Of a stretch of DNA of 57,195 nt, positions 1 to 12,562 are shown piece by piece. Under the pieces are notes generated by a model. That model made no database searches. It had not been told where the DNA came from and worked only from the letters and a program-made list of their open reading frames with translations. Position 1 is the first letter of the stretch. Every line of letters starts with the position of its first letter. Source of the stretch: Actinomycetes bacterium (GTDB lineage: Bacteria; Actinomycetota; Actinomycetes; S36-B12); the NCBI GenBank assembly GCA_037137855.1, contig JBAXJN010000001.1:1-57195 (forward strand), in the 5' to 3' direction. A program made the position numbers and the translations under genes.

Positions 1-2
1 TT

Positions 3-1535
3 GAGGCTCTTGGGCCAGATTTTGAAATTGTGGAATGCGATGGCGCCGATCGCACGGCATTGCTCGCAGCGATCGTTGACGTAGACGCCATTTTGGTTCG
101 TTCAGCCACAATGATTGATGCAGAAGCTTTGGCCGCCGCCAAGAAGCTCAAGGTTGTTGCTCGAGCAGGGGTTGGCCTAGACAACGTTGATGTCAAAGCA
201 GCAACTCAGGCTGGTGTCATGGTGGTGAATGCCCCAACGTCGAACATCGTTTCAGCCGCAGAGCTCGCCGTCGCGTTGCTTCTTGCTAGCGCTCGAAACA
301 TCGTGCCAGCAAATGCTGCTCTCACCAAAGGTGAGTGGAAGCGATCCAAGTACACCGGAGTGGAACTTTCAGACAAGGTAGTGGGCGTTGTTGGCCTTGG
401 CCGCATCGGAATTCTGGTTGCCCAGCGATTGAGCGCTTTTGGCGTCAAGTTGATCGCGTATGACCCGTATGTTCAGCCTGCACGCGCTGCCCAACTTGGG
501 ATTCGTATGGTCAGCCTTGATGATCTGTTGGTTGAGAGCGACTTCATCACTGTGCACCTCCCAAAGACTCCGGAAACAATCGGCCTGATCGGCGATGCTG
601 AACTTCATAAGGTCAAGCCGACAGTACGCATTATTAATGCTGCCCGCGGTGGCATCGTGGATGAAAAGGCGTTGTACGAAGCGCTCGTCGATGGTCGCGT
701 AGCTGGCGCTGGCGTCGACGTGTATTCAAAAGAGCCTTGCACAGACTCTCCTTTATTTGGTCTCGAGCAGGTTGTGGCCACTCCGCACTTGGGTGCATCA
801 ACTGATGAAGCACAGGAAAAAGCTGGCATCTCGGTTGCTCGTTCAGTACGTCTAGCGCTTGCAGGTGAACTCGTGCCTGATGCAGTCAATGTGCAGGGTG
901 GGCAAATGGCTGACCAGGTCAAGCCACTCGTGCCGCTTGCTGAACAGCTTGGTTTGATTGCATGCAGTCTTGCTGAAGATGCAGTTGAGCGCGTTGATGT
1001 TGAAGTGCTCGGCGATGTCATCGAACATGATGTTCGGGTGCTCGAGCTCAGCGCACTCAAGGGTGTTTTTCAAAATCTTGTTCATGACCCGGTGTCATTT
1101 GTGAATGCACCTGTTCTAGCTGAGCAGCGAGGGGTGGAAGTAGCACTCACAACTGATCGCGAAAGCGGCGACCATCGTTCGCTCGTTCGGGTGAAGCTCA
1201 CCCTCACCAACGGCACCAAGGTTGTTGTTGGTGGCACGGCAACAGGACCTCGCAATATCGGAAAAATCGTCGAAATTGATGGTTACGACATTGACGTAGC
1301 GATCAGCGATCACCTTGCTTTCCTTCGCTACCAAGACAAGCCAGGCGTCGTAGGAATTGTTGGGCGCCTCCTTGGTGAAGCAGGTGTCAATATCGCAAAC
1401 ATGCAGGTTGCTCGAAATGAAACGGGGCACGCACTCATCGTGCTAACCCTTGACCAGCCAGCCCCTGCCGCAACCCTTGACTCAATTGTTGCTGAGATCG
1501 GTGCAATGTCAGGTCGAGCAGTAAGCCTGATGTAA
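3..1535 (+). CDS. serA: D-3-phosphoglycerate dehydrogenase; 5' end lies outside the window
   Basis: The frame is open from nt 3, so the first listed Met at 30 is internal. It has the NAD-binding motif GVVGLGRIG and a C-terminal regulatory (ACT-like) extension typical of long SerA. Confidence 0.9.
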   Translation, partial: EALGPDFEIVECDGADRTALLAAIVDVDAILVRSATMIDAEALAAAKKLKVVARAGVGLDNVDVKAATQAGVMVVNAPTSNIVSAAELAVALLLASARNIVPANAALTKGEWKRSKYTGVELSDKVVGVVGLGRIGILVAQRLSAFGVKLIAYDPYVQPARAAQLGIRMVSLDDLLVESDFITVHLPKTPETIGLIGDAELHKVKPTVRIINAARGGIVDEKALYEALVDGRVAGAGVDVYSKEPCTDSPLFGLEQVVATPHLGASTDEAQEKAGISVARSVRLALAGELVPDAVNVQGGQMADQVKPLVPLAEQLGLIACSLAEDAVERVDVEVLGDVIEHDVRVLELSALKGVFQNLVHDPVSFVNAPVLAEQRGVEVALTTDRESGDHRSLVRVKLTLTNGTKVVVGGTATGPRNIGKIVEIDGYDIDVAISDHLAFLRYQDKPGVVGIVGRLLGEAGVNIANMQVARNETGHALIVLTLDQPAPAATLDSIVAEIGAMSGRAVSLM

Positions 1536-1546
1536 CGACTTCACAA

Positions 1547-1596
1547 ATATATGTAGAAGGGCCAGAAGCAAATGCTTCTGGCCCTTCTACATATAT
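1547..1596. terminator. Bidirectional intrinsic terminator between convergent serA and leuA
   Basis: Perfect 23-bp inverted repeat, atatatgtagaagggccagaagc / gcttctggcccttctacatatat, with an aaat loop and A/T-rich flanks on both sides. Confidence 0.85.
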
Positions 1597-1602
1597 AAAA
1601 AC

Positions 1603-3458
<1,856 letters not shown>

Positions 3459-3552
3459 AGTGCCTGAATAATAGCAGCGAGTTGGCCATACCGGAAAGTA
3501 CGCAGTACAGGGCCCGTTTTTCTGCCCGAAGGTCTCGGTAGAGTTGGGTCCC

Positions 3553-4608
3553 ATGTCCAAGAATTTGAATCTGGCCCTCATCCCTGGCGATGGCATCGGT
3601 ACCGAAGTTGTGGCTGAAGCCATGAAGGTTCTCGCAGCTATTGCCCCTGCTGCGGGCCTGACCGTGACCACGACCGAATATGACCTGGGGGCGCGTCGAT
3701 ATAACGCGACAGGGGAGTTGCTTCCAGACTCAGTTGTTCAGGAGCTTCGTGGCTACGACGCGATTCTGTTGGGGGCTATTGGTGACCCGTCAGTGAAGCC
3801 CGGAATCTTGGAGCGCGGTGTTCTTTTGCCTCTGCGTTTCATCATGGATCACCACGTGAACTTGCGGCCTGTTCGTTTGTACCCAGGTGTTACTGGACCT
3901 CTTGCGGGAAAGACCACGAAAGATATTGATTTTGTGGTGTGCCGCGAAGGCACCGAAGGGCCATACGTTGGTGCTGGCGGCGTGCTTCGTGATGGAACCG
4001 AGCATGAAGTTTCAACAGAAGTAAGCATCAATACTTACTACGGCGCAGTGCGCATTATTCGTGATGCTTTCGAACGCGCAACTCGTCGGCGTAGCAAGGT
4101 TACGTTGGTACACAAGACAAACGTGCTTGTCTACGCAGGTAACACTTGGCAACGAGCGTTTGACGATGTGGCCAAGGACTACCCCAATGTGACTACTGAC
4201 TACTGCCATGTTGATGCGGCAGCGATGTTCTTCTTGACACAGCCAGAACGCTTTGACGTTGTGGTAACCGACAACCTCTTCGGCGATATCTTGACCGATA
4301 TTGGCGCTGCGATTGTTGGAGGTATTGGGCTAGCTGCATCGGGCAATATTGATCCAACTCGCAAGAACCCAAGCATGTTTGAACCAGTGCATGGGTCGGC
4401 ACCAGATATCGCTGGACAAGGAAAGGCTGATCCAACTGCCACGGTGTTGTCACTTGCCATGCTGCTCGAGCACGTGGGCCAAGGCCAAGCGGCGATCTGG
4501 GTTGAGTCGGCAGTGTCTGACGATCTTGCTTCGCGAGGAGATGCGGTGCGATCGACCTCAGTTATTGGCGATGCGCTGGCAGCTGGAGCAGCGTCAAAGG
4601 CTAAGTAA
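3553..4608 (+). CDS. leuB: 3-isopropylmalate dehydrogenase
   Basis: N-terminus [16 protein letters not shown] and signature [10 protein letters not shown] prefer the ATG at 3553 over the in-frame TTG at 3544. Confidence 0.93.
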   Translation: MSKNLNLALIPGDGIGTEVVAEAMKVLAAIAPAAGLTVTTTEYDLGARRYNATGELLPDSVVQELRGYDAILLGAIGDPSVKPGILERGVLLPLRFIMDHHVNLRPVRLYPGVTGPLAGKTTKDIDFVVCREGTEGPYVGAGGVLRDGTEHEVSTEVSINTYYGAVRIIRDAFERATRRRSKVTLVHKTNVLVYAGNTWQRAFDDVAKDYPNVTTDYCHVDAAAMFFLTQPERFDVVVTDNLFGDILTDIGAAIVGGIGLAASGNIDPTRKNPSMFEPVHGSAPDIAGQGKADPTATVLSLAMLLEHVGQGQAAIWVESAVSDDLASRGDAVRSTSVIGDALAAGAASKAK

Positions 4609-4669
4609 CAAATTTCGGCAATCGAGGCTGGATTGGCTAGCCTTACGGCTTCACACTTAGAGGAGTTCC

Positions 4670-5797
4670 ATGACTACCACGAGCCAGCAGTCAGGCGCCG
4701 ATCTCTGGCCTATCGAGCTGCATGCGAGTGATCATCGGCTTCCAGCCGATCAGCGTGAAGCGATTTTGGCTGATCCCGGGTTTGGTAAGTACTTCACCGA
4801 TCACATGGTCACTGCTGATTGGACGCAAGAAAAGGGCTGGCATAACGCGCAACTCGTGCCTTATGGTCCGCTGTCTTTGGATCCGGCAACGAACTTCATG
4901 CATTATGGGCAGGCAATTTTTGAAGGTCTGAAGGCCTACCGGCATGCTGACGGATCCATCAAGACGTTTCGCCCCATCGCAAATGCAGAACGTTTTCAAA
5001 GATCGGCTCGACGCCTTGCCATGGCAGAACTGCCAGTCGAATTATTCCTCGCGTCAGTGAATGCTCTGGTATCCCAAGATCGTGACTGGGTGCCTGATGG
5101 TGAAGACCATTCGCTGTACCTTCGTCCGTTCATGATCTCAACTGAAGTCGGCTTGGGCGTTCGCCCGGCTAACGCCTATAAATACTTGCTCATTGCCTCA
5201 CCAGCCGGTGCTTACTTCCCAGAAGGAGTCAAGCCAGTATCGGTATGGATCTCAGACGAGTACGTGCGTGCAGCTCCTGGTGGCACAGGTGAAGCCAAGT
5301 GCGCGGGCAACTATGCCGCGTCTTTGATTGCTCAGGCAGAAGCAGCGGCCCAAGGTTGCGAGCAAGTGGTGTGGCTCGATGCGGTGGAACGCAAGTGGAT
5401 CGAAGAAATGGGTGGCATGAACCTGTACTTCGTCTATGGAAGAGGCAACTCTGCTCGCTTGGTTACACCGGCACTGACGGGCTCGCTGCTGCCAGGAATC
5501 ACCAGAGATTCACTCCTCACCGTTGCCTCTGACCTTGGGCTACTAGCCCAAGAAGCTCACATCAGCGTTGAGGACTGGCGAAATGACGTTGCGTCGGGGA
5601 AGATCACCGAGGTCTTTGCCTGCGGTACTGCCGCGGTTATCACCCCTGTCGGACATGTCAAAAGCCGAGACAGTGGGCATTGGGACATCAATGCAGGACT
5701 GCCAGGCCCAGTGACGATGCAGTTGCGTGAAACCCTTCTCAACATCCAAACCGGGCTGGCTCAAGACACCCACCAGTGGCTACACACGATTTGCTAG
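4670..5797 (+). CDS. ilvE: Branched-chain amino-acid aminotransferase (class IV)
   Basis: 375-aa ORF preceded by GAGGAG, with typical actinobacterial IlvE length and motifs ([18 protein letters not shown]). Confidence 0.93.
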   Translation: MTTTSQQSGADLWPIELHASDHRLPADQREAILADPGFGKYFTDHMVTADWTQEKGWHNAQLVPYGPLSLDPATNFMHYGQAIFEGLKAYRHADGSIKTFRPIANAERFQRSARRLAMAELPVELFLASVNALVSQDRDWVPDGEDHSLYLRPFMISTEVGLGVRPANAYKYLLIASPAGAYFPEGVKPVSVWISDEYVRAAPGGTGEAKCAGNYAASLIAQAEAAAQGCEQVVWLDAVERKWIEEMGGMNLYFVYGRGNSARLVTPALTGSLLPGITRDSLLTVASDLGLLAQEAHISVEDWRNDVASGKITEVFACGTAAVITPVGHVKSRDSGHWDINAGLPGPVTMQLRETLLNIQTGLAQDTHQWLHTIC

Positions 5798-5962
5798 TGC
5801 CGGTGTTGGCTTGTTCAATCAGTAGCTAGGGGACTGGTTGCTGGGTAGATTGTCCGGATTTTATGGGGGGCTGGCCCCTTTGAGTGGGTTGTGGCATGAT
5901 TACAACGTGTTTCATCGCTGCATCAACATTAATTAGCGCGTCGACTCTTCGTCAACGCGCTG

Positions 5963-5989
5963 CCCTTCGCACCCTGCGGGGGGTTTTTT
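5963..5989 (+). terminator. Intrinsic-terminator-like hairpin 42 nt upstream of cimA (attenuator or ilvE terminator)
   Basis: cccttcgca-ccc-tgcgggggg forms a 9-bp stem with 2 G-U pairs, followed by TTTTTT. Confidence 0.55.
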
Positions 5990-6031
5990 CGTTGATGGTG
6001 TCAATTCGCTCAAACGGTAAGGAATCAAGAC

Positions 6032-7621
6032 ATGGCTCGTTCTGACGCCTTTCATGTGTACGACACAACCCTGCGCGATGGTGCCCAACGCGAAGGTATT
6101 TCGTACTCAGTCAACGACAAGCTCGCAGTTGCCAAATTGCTTGATGACTATGGCGTCGGCTTTATTGAAGGCGGTTGGCCGGGCGCTATGCCCAAGGACA
6201 CCGAATTCTTTCAACGTGCTCAGACCGAGTTGGACCTCAAGAATGCTCAGCTTGTTGCTTTTGGAGCTACTTGTAAGGCCGGCAAGCAGGCGCATGAGGA
6301 CGCGCAAGTAAAGGCGCTGCTGGATTCACAAGCACCTGTGATCACTCTTGTTGCTAAGTCGGATGTTCGCCATGTCATTGAGGCGCTGAAAACTAACCTT
6401 GATGAGAACGAACGCATGATTGTTGACACAGTTAAATTCCTAGTCGGCGAGGGACGTCGAGTATTCATCGACATGGAGCATTTCTTCGACGGATACAAGC
6501 ATGACTCCGATTACGGTGTTCGCATTTTGGTCGCAGCGGCAGAAGCTGGCGCAAGTGTTGGCGTTATGTGTGACACCAATGGCGGAATGTTGCCAGTGGG
6601 TATTTTTGAGACCGTTACCGATGTAGCTAAGCGGTCGGGCGTTCGTTTGGGGATTCATTGCCAAGACGACACCGGGTGCGCCGTTGCCAACACCGTCACG
6701 GCTGTGTCGGCTGGAGCAACACATGCCCAGTGCACAGCAAATGGATATGGCGAGCGCACAGGCAATGCTGATCTCTTTGCAGTTGTGGCCAACCTGCAGC
6801 TCAAGATGGGCATCGACGCACTTCCAGAAGGCAGCTTGCGCGAAACAGTTCATATTTCACATGCAATTGCTGAAATTGCGAATATTGCGCCAGATAGTCA
6901 TCAGGCTTATGCCGGGTCTTCATCCTTTGCTCATAAGGCTGGGTTGCATGCTTCGGCGCTCAAGGTCAATGTTGAGTTATACAACCACATTGATCCAGCC
7001 TTGGTTGGTCACGTTCAGCGAGTGCTCGTCACCGAGATGGCCGGTCGCGCATCGGTTGAACTTAAGGCAGAAGAGCTCGGTCACGATCTTTCCCAAAAGC
7101 CAGAACTTGTTACCCGTGTGGTTGCCAAGGTGAAGGAACTTGAATCGCAGGGCTGGTCATTTGAGGCAGCTGACGCGTCCTTTGAGTTGCTACTGCTGGC
7201 TGAAGATGGCGTAGAGCGCGGATTCGAAGTTGAATCTTGGCGCACTATCGTTGAGCAAAGTGCCGATGGCAGTGTGGATTCTGAGGCAACCGTCAAGGTG
7301 CATGCCAATGGCGATCGTGTCATCTCAACGGCAGAGGGCAACGGACCAGTTAACGCTCTTGACAATGCATTACGGGCAGCCCTTGGTCAGATTTACCCAG
7401 AACTCGCAGAACTGACCTTGACCGATTACAAGGTTCGGATTCTGGACGGTGGCAGTGGTACCGGAGCGGTAACGCGGGTGCTGATTGACACAACTGACGG
7501 CGAAGCTGACTGGACCACCGTTGGCGTTCACGAGAACGTCATTGCCGCCTCTTGGAAAGCGTTGGATGACGCCGTTCGGTTCGGGCTACTTCGCGCAGGT
7601 CGCATTATTGCCGCTGAATAG
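6032..7621 (+). CDS. cimA: Citramalate synthase / LeuA-related 2-alkylmalate synthase
   Basis: 529-aa ORF with an HMGL-like N-terminus (VYDTTLRDGAQREG) and a LeuA-type C-terminal domain. It lacks the N-terminal extension of the bona fide leuA at 1603..3348. Length and architecture fit the CimA clade. Confidence 0.75.
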   Translation: MARSDAFHVYDTTLRDGAQREGISYSVNDKLAVAKLLDDYGVGFIEGGWPGAMPKDTEFFQRAQTELDLKNAQLVAFGATCKAGKQAHEDAQVKALLDSQAPVITLVAKSDVRHVIEALKTNLDENERMIVDTVKFLVGEGRRVFIDMEHFFDGYKHDSDYGVRILVAAAEAGASVGVMCDTNGGMLPVGIFETVTDVAKRSGVRLGIHCQDDTGCAVANTVTAVSAGATHAQCTANGYGERTGNADLFAVVANLQLKMGIDALPEGSLRETVHISHAIAEIANIAPDSHQAYAGSSSFAHKAGLHASALKVNVELYNHIDPALVGHVQRVLVTEMAGRASVELKAEELGHDLSQKPELVTRVVAKVKELESQGWSFEAADASFELLLLAEDGVERGFEVESWRTIVEQSADGSVDSEATVKVHANGDRVISTAEGNGPVNALDNALRAALGQIYPELAELTLTDYKVRILDGGSGTGAVTRVLIDTTDGEADWTTVGVHENVIAASWKALDDAVRFGLLRAGRIIAAE

Positions 7622-7652
7622 TGCGGTGGGTCGTTGTCGGTAGGCTGTCAAT

Positions 7653-8447
7653 GTGAAAATTTGTCGCGTTTCCGTCAATGATGAGCTTTTCTTCGGCGTT
7701 CTTGAGGGTCTAGATGCCAACGGAGAGCCTGGCGACGAGACGGTCATTGCCATTCTTGAGGGGCATCCCTTCAATGGCATAAACCCAGACGGACGATTTG
7801 TTCGCTACCAAGACGTGCGCCTTGTCGCACCTGTGCTGCCAAGCAAGATTGTGGCTATTGGCAAGAATTACGCGGCCCATGCTGCAGAGACGAACTTGGG
7901 TGAGGTGCCCTCAGAGCCGCTGATGTTTCTCAAGCCGAGCACATCCGTAGTCGGACCAGGCGATCCCATAATTTTGCCTTGGCAATCCGAACTCGTTGAG
8001 CATGAGTCTGAACTCGCGATCGTGATTGGTCGCGTATGCGCTGAGGTTCCAAAAGAGCGAGCGCACGAAGTTATTTTCGGTTTCACATGCGCCAATGACC
8101 TCACTGCTCGAGATCTCCAGCACGCTGATGTGCAATGGACACGTGCTAAGAGCTTCGACACTTTTTGCCCACTAGGCCCGTGGATCGAAACAGAACTGGA
8201 TTGGGAAGACGTTTCAATTCAATGTCGAGTCAATGATGTTCTCAAGCAAGATGGCACATCACTGGATATGGTTTTCGATGTGGCATCAATCATTGAAGCC
8301 GTCAGTAGCGTGATGACCCTGCTTCCTGGCGATGTCATCTTGACTGGTTCGCCGGCAGGAACCGGACCCATCACAGCTGGTGACAATGTGAGCGTAACAA
8401 TCTCAGGCATCGGCACCCTCAAGAATCCGGTGATCGATCGTGAGTGA
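7653..8447 (+). CDS. Fumarylacetoacetate hydrolase (FAH) family protein
   Basis: 264-aa ORF with a GTG start and an FAH-fold C-terminal domain ([30 protein letters not shown]). A FAH-family gene sits next to gltX in other actinobacteria as well. Confidence 0.85.
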   Translation: MKICRVSVNDELFFGVLEGLDANGEPGDETVIAILEGHPFNGINPDGRFVRYQDVRLVAPVLPSKIVAIGKNYAAHAAETNLGEVPSEPLMFLKPSTSVVGPGDPIILPWQSELVEHESELAIVIGRVCAEVPKERAHEVIFGFTCANDLTARDLQHADVQWTRAKSFDTFCPLGPWIETELDWEDVSIQCRVNDVLKQDGTSLDMVFDVASIIEAVSSVMTLLPGDVILTGSPAGTGPITAGDNVSVTISGIGTLKNPVIDRE

Positions 8448-9918
8448 TGTTCGAGTTCGTTTTTGCCCATCACCGACAGGTAATCCCCATGTGGGAATGG
8501 TGCGAACAGCGCTGTTCAACTGGGCGTTTGCCCGCAATCTTGGTGGTACGTTTGTGTTTCGAATTGAAGACACCGACAGTGCCAGAGATTCGGAAGAGTC
8601 TTATGACGCACTCCTTGATTCCCTTCGCTGGCTTGGGCTCACTTGGGATGAAGGTCCAGAAGTCGGCGGTGCCTATGGCCCGTATCGTCAGTCGCAGCGC
8701 TTAGAGATTTACGCAGATGTGGCTGCAAGGTTGCTTGATGGTGGCTTTGCCTACCGTTGCTACTGCACAGCAGATGAACTTGATGCTCAACGTGAGTTAG
8801 CGAAAAAAGAAAATCGTGCGCCTGGCTACGAAGGCACCTGTCGTGATGTGACAGCAGATCAAGCCGCGGCCTTTGAGGCAGAAGGACGCACCAGCGTTGT
8901 GCGTTTTCGGATGCCAGATCGTGACTGCACTTGGGTTGATCTCGTTCGCGGTGAAGTGACCTTCGGGCATGAGCATGTTCCCGATTTTGTGATGGTTCGC
9001 GGCAACGGTGAACCGCTCTACACCCTGGTGAACCCAGTTGATGATGCGATGATGCGTATCACGCATGTGCTTCGCGGTGAGGATCTTCTTTCGTCAACGC
9101 CGCGTCAGATCGCCTTGTATGAAGCCTTGGCTGCAATCGGCGTGAGCGATGGCACAACGCCGCAGTTTGGTCATTTGCCATATGTGATGGGCGAAGGCAA
9201 TCGCAAACTTTCAAAGCGCGATCCTGAGTCTTCCTTACTGATGTACCGCGAAGAAGGTTTCCTTCCAGAGGCCTTGTTGAACTACTTGGCGCTGCTTGGC
9301 TGGTCGATGGGCGATGATCAAGAGTTCTTTTCACTTGATCAGATGGCTGCCGCTTTCAAGATCGACCGAGTCAGTGCAAATCCAGCGCGCTTTGATCTCA
9401 AGAAATGCACATCCATCAATGGTGACTGGATCCGCACGCTCAGTGTTGATGATCTGATTTCTCGGATCGTGCCCCGTCTTGAGGCTTCACACTTCGTGAG
9501 TAATCCACCAACACCGCAGCAGCAAGCAATCCTGAAAGCAGCAGTACCGCTGATTCAGGAGCGCCTAGAGAATCTGAAACAAGCAGTTCCGATGCTTGGT
9601 TTCTTACTGGTATCTCCAAGTGAATTTGTGATTGATGAGGCTGACGCCAAGGCTGTTCTTGGTGAAGATGCAGACGAGACCCTGAATGCAGCTGTGGCTG
9701 CTTTGAGTGCGCTGCCCGAATGGAATACGGATGCCATTCACGAGGCCTTGAAGAGTGCCTTGGTTGAGGGTCTAGGAATCAAACCGAAATTGGCTTTTGG
9801 GCCAATTCGCGTTGCCATCACTGGTCGACGGATTTCGCCACCGCTGTTTGAATCGATGGAGATTCTTGGTCGTGAAGTTTCACTCACCCGTTTGAGCGGG
9901 GCCCTGAGCGTTCGCTAG
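8440..9918 (+). CDS. gltX: Glutamate--tRNA ligase
   Basis: [12 protein letters not shown] (HIGH-type) and KLSKR motifs. The start overlaps the FAH stop (GTGAGTGA). Confidence 0.95.
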   Translation: MSDVRVRFCPSPTGNPHVGMVRTALFNWAFARNLGGTFVFRIEDTDSARDSEESYDALLDSLRWLGLTWDEGPEVGGAYGPYRQSQRLEIYADVAARLLDGGFAYRCYCTADELDAQRELAKKENRAPGYEGTCRDVTADQAAAFEAEGRTSVVRFRMPDRDCTWVDLVRGEVTFGHEHVPDFVMVRGNGEPLYTLVNPVDDAMMRITHVLRGEDLLSSTPRQIALYEALAAIGVSDGTTPQFGHLPYVMGEGNRKLSKRDPESSLLMYREEGFLPEALLNYLALLGWSMGDDQEFFSLDQMAAAFKIDRVSANPARFDLKKCTSINGDWIRTLSVDDLISRIVPRLEASHFVSNPPTPQQQAILKAAVPLIQERLENLKQAVPMLGFLLVSPSEFVIDEADAKAVLGEDADETLNAAVAALSALPEWNTDAIHEALKSALVEGLGIKPKLAFGPIRVAITGRRISPPLFESMEILGREVSLTRLSGALSVR

Positions 9919-10689
9919 CACCGCACTTTTGCGTTGGGCATAGACGCCAACAAGAAGAGGCGCAACCAGCATGACTACCACGCCGACCAAAATCAGAGTG
10001 AAGAGCGAGAAGGTCACGCCGATCGGACCAAATTGTTCAGCTTGAGTTTGTAAGGTTCGCGGCATATATACAGCGGCCCACACGATGATGCCCATGTGGC
10101 CAATGCTGCTGAGTATTGCTGCGGGCACCAGCAGCCGTGTGTTGATGCTCGGTACGAGTAATCGGATGCCTGCGTATTCAGTCAGTAACCAAAAGATGAA
10201 GGTTGCGAATCCAGCAAGTAGGCCCACTGCTAAGTCGCTATCTCGCCAAAGATTTCGTAGTCCTGCACTTATGGCAAACATGACGACTTGGAGCAGTACC
10301 CACGCCATGCCTCTTCCAAGTTGCTTAGGCAGTAGGGACGGAATTTGGAAAATTGCGCCGTAGGTTCTTGAGAGTTTTCTCGAAAGCGAAAAAGCCGAAT
10401 ATGAGGTGATGAAGAGCGCGGTCCATGAAATCACAAAGGTGGGCGCTGGAGAGTCGAATAACGAACTCACTGCGTCAGCGGCGGCCCCTTCAAGCCCGAA
10501 ACGTTCGATGAGTTGGTTGGCGATCACACTGCCATCAGATCCGGCAAATACGGCAACGATCAAAATAACTAGGGGGAGCAGGGCGACGAATGCTTGGGCG
10601 GCAAGGCCGAAGGATCGGTCCAGCAGTTCTAGCTCAAAGAAGCGTCGAAAGACCGCAACGGGGTATGACTTCCGGATCCATTCGAGCAC
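9880..10689 (-). CDS. YihY/BrkB family inner-membrane protein
   Basis: 269-aa polytopic membrane ORF with an N-terminal region resembling the YihY family. Its 3' end overlaps the gltX 3' end by 39 nt. Confidence 0.75.
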   Translation of the reverse strand: MLEWIRKSYPVAVFRRFFELELLDRSFGLAAQAFVALLPLVILIVAVFAGSDGSVIANQLIERFGLEGAAADAVSSLFDSPAPTFVISWTALFITSYSAFSLSRKLSRTYGAIFQIPSLLPKQLGRGMAWVLLQVVMFAISAGLRNLWRDSDLAVGLLAGFATFIFWLLTEYAGIRLLVPSINTRLLVPAAILSSIGHMGIIVWAAVYMPRTLQTQAEQFGPIGVTFSLFTLILVGVVVMLVAPLLVGVYAQRKSAVLANAQGPAQTGE

Positions 10690-10780
10690 TGGCTAAGCAT
10701 GGCGATTTTTCGAGTGAAGCAGGCGTATTTGGGGCGGCGTCGCGCAGGAAAAGTCTCACGTATACTTCTTCCTTGTCCCG

Positions 10781-10852
10781 TGGGGTATGGGGTAATTGGC
10801 AGCCCAAGTGATTCTGGTTCACTTAGTCTAGGTTCGAGTCCTGGTACCCCAG
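10781..10852 (+). tRNA. tRNA-Gln (anticodon CTG)
   Basis: Manual cloverleaf: acceptor TGGGGTA/TACCCCA (U1-A72, typical of tRNA-Gln), anticodon stem AGTGA/TCACT with loop TTCTGGT, and T-loop TTCGAGT. CCA is not encoded. Confidence 0.9.
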
Positions 10853-10928
10853 CGAGCGTCGAAAGTTCGGTTATTCGGCGATATATTGCTTGGGGAGACC
10901 CAATCAATAAAGCAACAAGGCCCCGTTG

Positions 10929-11001
10929 TGTAGTGGCCTAGCACGCCGCCCTCTCAAGGCGGTAGCGCGGGTTCGAATCCCGTCGGGGCTACAAAGCGCG
11001 A
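10929..11001 (+). tRNA. tRNA-Glu (anticodon CTC)
   Basis: Manual cloverleaf: acceptor GGCCCCG/CGGGGCT, anticodon stem CCGCC/GGCGG with loop CTCTCAA, and T-loop TTCGAAT. Confidence 0.88.
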
Positions 11002-11007
11002 GACCCT

Positions 11008-11037
11008 CTGGTGACAGGGGGTCTCGCATTTCCAAGT
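11008..11037. terminator. Hairpin after tRNA-Glu, facing the convergent small membrane-protein gene
   Basis: gcgagaccc / gggtctcgc forms a 9-bp stem, extendable to 11 bp. The T-tract (attt) is weak. Confidence 0.5.
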
Positions 11038-11072
11038 GGGCACTCCGTAGCGGGGCGCGAGAATGCTGCTTC

Positions 11073-11282
11073 CTAAGCCTTAGGCATCCGAAAAATGCGA
11101 ACCGCCGCATAAATTGTTCCCAGGATCATTCCAAGGCCAGCCCAAGCAGGCCAGAAGTAGCCCTTGTCGGTGAGTGCCCAGACGAGCAAGCACACCAGCC
11201 AAGTAGCGATAAACCCGGCGATCGTTACCCACAAACCTCGAATTGAGGTTGCGCGCTTCGCCGCGGCATCAATTGCGCTCAT
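11073..11282 (-). CDS. Small membrane protein with two TM segments (2TM-like)
   Basis: 69-aa ORF with two hydrophobic helices. A strong GGGGGA lies 5 nt upstream of the ATG. Confidence 0.6.
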   Translation of the reverse strand: MSAIDAAAKRATSIRGLWVTIAGFIATWLVCLLVWALTDKGYFWPAWAGLGMILGTIYAAVRIFRMPKA

Positions 11283-11518
11283 TATTTCCCCCTAAGTAGC
11301 CTTATAAGTTGGACTTTATGACCACAATTTAGTGATCAACATCAAATGATAGAGAAACTTAGGCGTGCTTGCCGCGGTTTAGCGGGAAAGGTACGCGCCC
11401 CTTGTTGACCCAATATTGCGATAGGGCTAAGCCACATAGGTGACGAATAGTGTCATATGCGCGGATCCAAGATTTGGTTTTACGGCCTGTGTACGGCTCA
11501 ACTCCTTAGAATCTGCGC

Positions 11519-12472
11519 ATGAAACTTCTCGAAGGAAAGTCCGTCATCATCACTGGCGCTGGGCACGGCGTTGGCCGCGGCTACGCACTTCTTATGGCAG
11601 AGCATGGCGCGAAGGTGCTCGTCAACGATCTCGGTGGTGCACCCAACGGTGGTGGATCCGACCAACGCGCAGCTGATGAAGTTGTCGAGATCATCAAAGC
11701 CCGGGGCGGCGAAGCTGTCGCTAATTACGCGGACGTATCTGATTTCGACGCTGCCAAAGACATGGTGAATCAAGCAATCGACAGTTTTGGCGGGCTCGAC
11801 TGCTTAGTGCTCAACGCTGGAATCTTGCGAGACAAGATGATCTTCAACATGGACGAAAGTGACTGGGACGCGGTCGTGAAGGTGCACCTCAAGGGCCATT
11901 TCGCACCTGCACGGCACGCAACTGCGTATTGGCGAGAAAAAAGTCGAGAGATAGACGGAAAGGTCAACGCTTCCGTCATCTGTACCACGTCATCAGTTGG
12001 GTTACTTGGCAACACTGGGCAAACCAATTACGCCGCGGCTAAAGGTGGCATCGCAATGTTCTCCGTCGCTCTAGCTCAAGACATGATGCGTTACGGGGTC
12101 CGTTCCAATTCCATCGCGCCTTCAGGAATCACCAGGTTGATCGGAATTACGCGCGGCACGGACATTGATGAGATTGCTGAGCCTGATCAGTACACCGAAT
12201 ACAACCCTCGAGATCCCGGTAACGTCGCGCCTTTGGCAGTGTGGCTTGCATCGGATCTCTCGCGCCACGTGAATGGGCAAGCGTTCTTTTCGCAAGGGTC
12301 TCGTGTTACGCACTTTGCTCCTTGGACACCCAATGGTGTTGTGAGTGTGTCCGACCGTCAGTGGGATCCTGAAGAACTTGATCAGGCAATGAACACTGTG
12401 GTCTTTGGAACTTCACATGGTGGACTGCGCAGTGGGCATCAGTGGGGCGGTAAGTCAGCTCTGAATTTGTAA
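11519..12472 (+). CDS. SDR-family NAD(P)-dependent oxidoreductase
   Basis: Cofactor motif TGAGHGVG and catalytic YAAAK. No SD is present. TAGAAT ends 6 nt before the ATG, so the mRNA may be leaderless. Confidence 0.85.
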   Translation: MKLLEGKSVIITGAGHGVGRGYALLMAEHGAKVLVNDLGGAPNGGGSDQRAADEVVEIIKARGGEAVANYADVSDFDAAKDMVNQAIDSFGGLDCLVLNAGILRDKMIFNMDESDWDAVVKVHLKGHFAPARHATAYWREKSREIDGKVNASVICTTSSVGLLGNTGQTNYAAAKGGIAMFSVALAQDMMRYGVRSNSIAPSGITRLIGITRGTDIDEIAEPDQYTEYNPRDPGNVAPLAVWLASDLSRHVNGQAFFSQGSRVTHFAPWTPNGVVSVSDRQWDPEELDQAMNTVVFGTSHGGLRSGHQWGGKSALNL

Positions 12473-12562
12473 GATGGGCGGGCTTTCTCGCCATATTGAG
12501 GGAATTCATTGCGCTTTCTGCAAACGCCGTTCGAGGAACAACTGGACTGATAGCGTCCTTTT

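Noticed and set aside
3459-3552. A second LtbR box in the leuA-leader/leuB divergent spacer
   Set aside because: The best candidate (TAATAGCAGCGA) matches only the ATAG core of CAYATAGTGRGA, which is too weak.
5798-6031. T-box or riboswitch upstream of cimA
   Set aside because: I could not find the conserved T-box sequence, a specifier-loop architecture, or any riboswitch core I recognise. Only hairpins and a terminator shape are visible.
10690-11072. The tRNA-Gln/tRNA-Glu locus considered as an integration hotspot carrying a mobile element
   Set aside because: There is no integrase or recombinase. I could not see a direct repeat of either tRNA 3' end downstream. The adjacent genes are ordinary.
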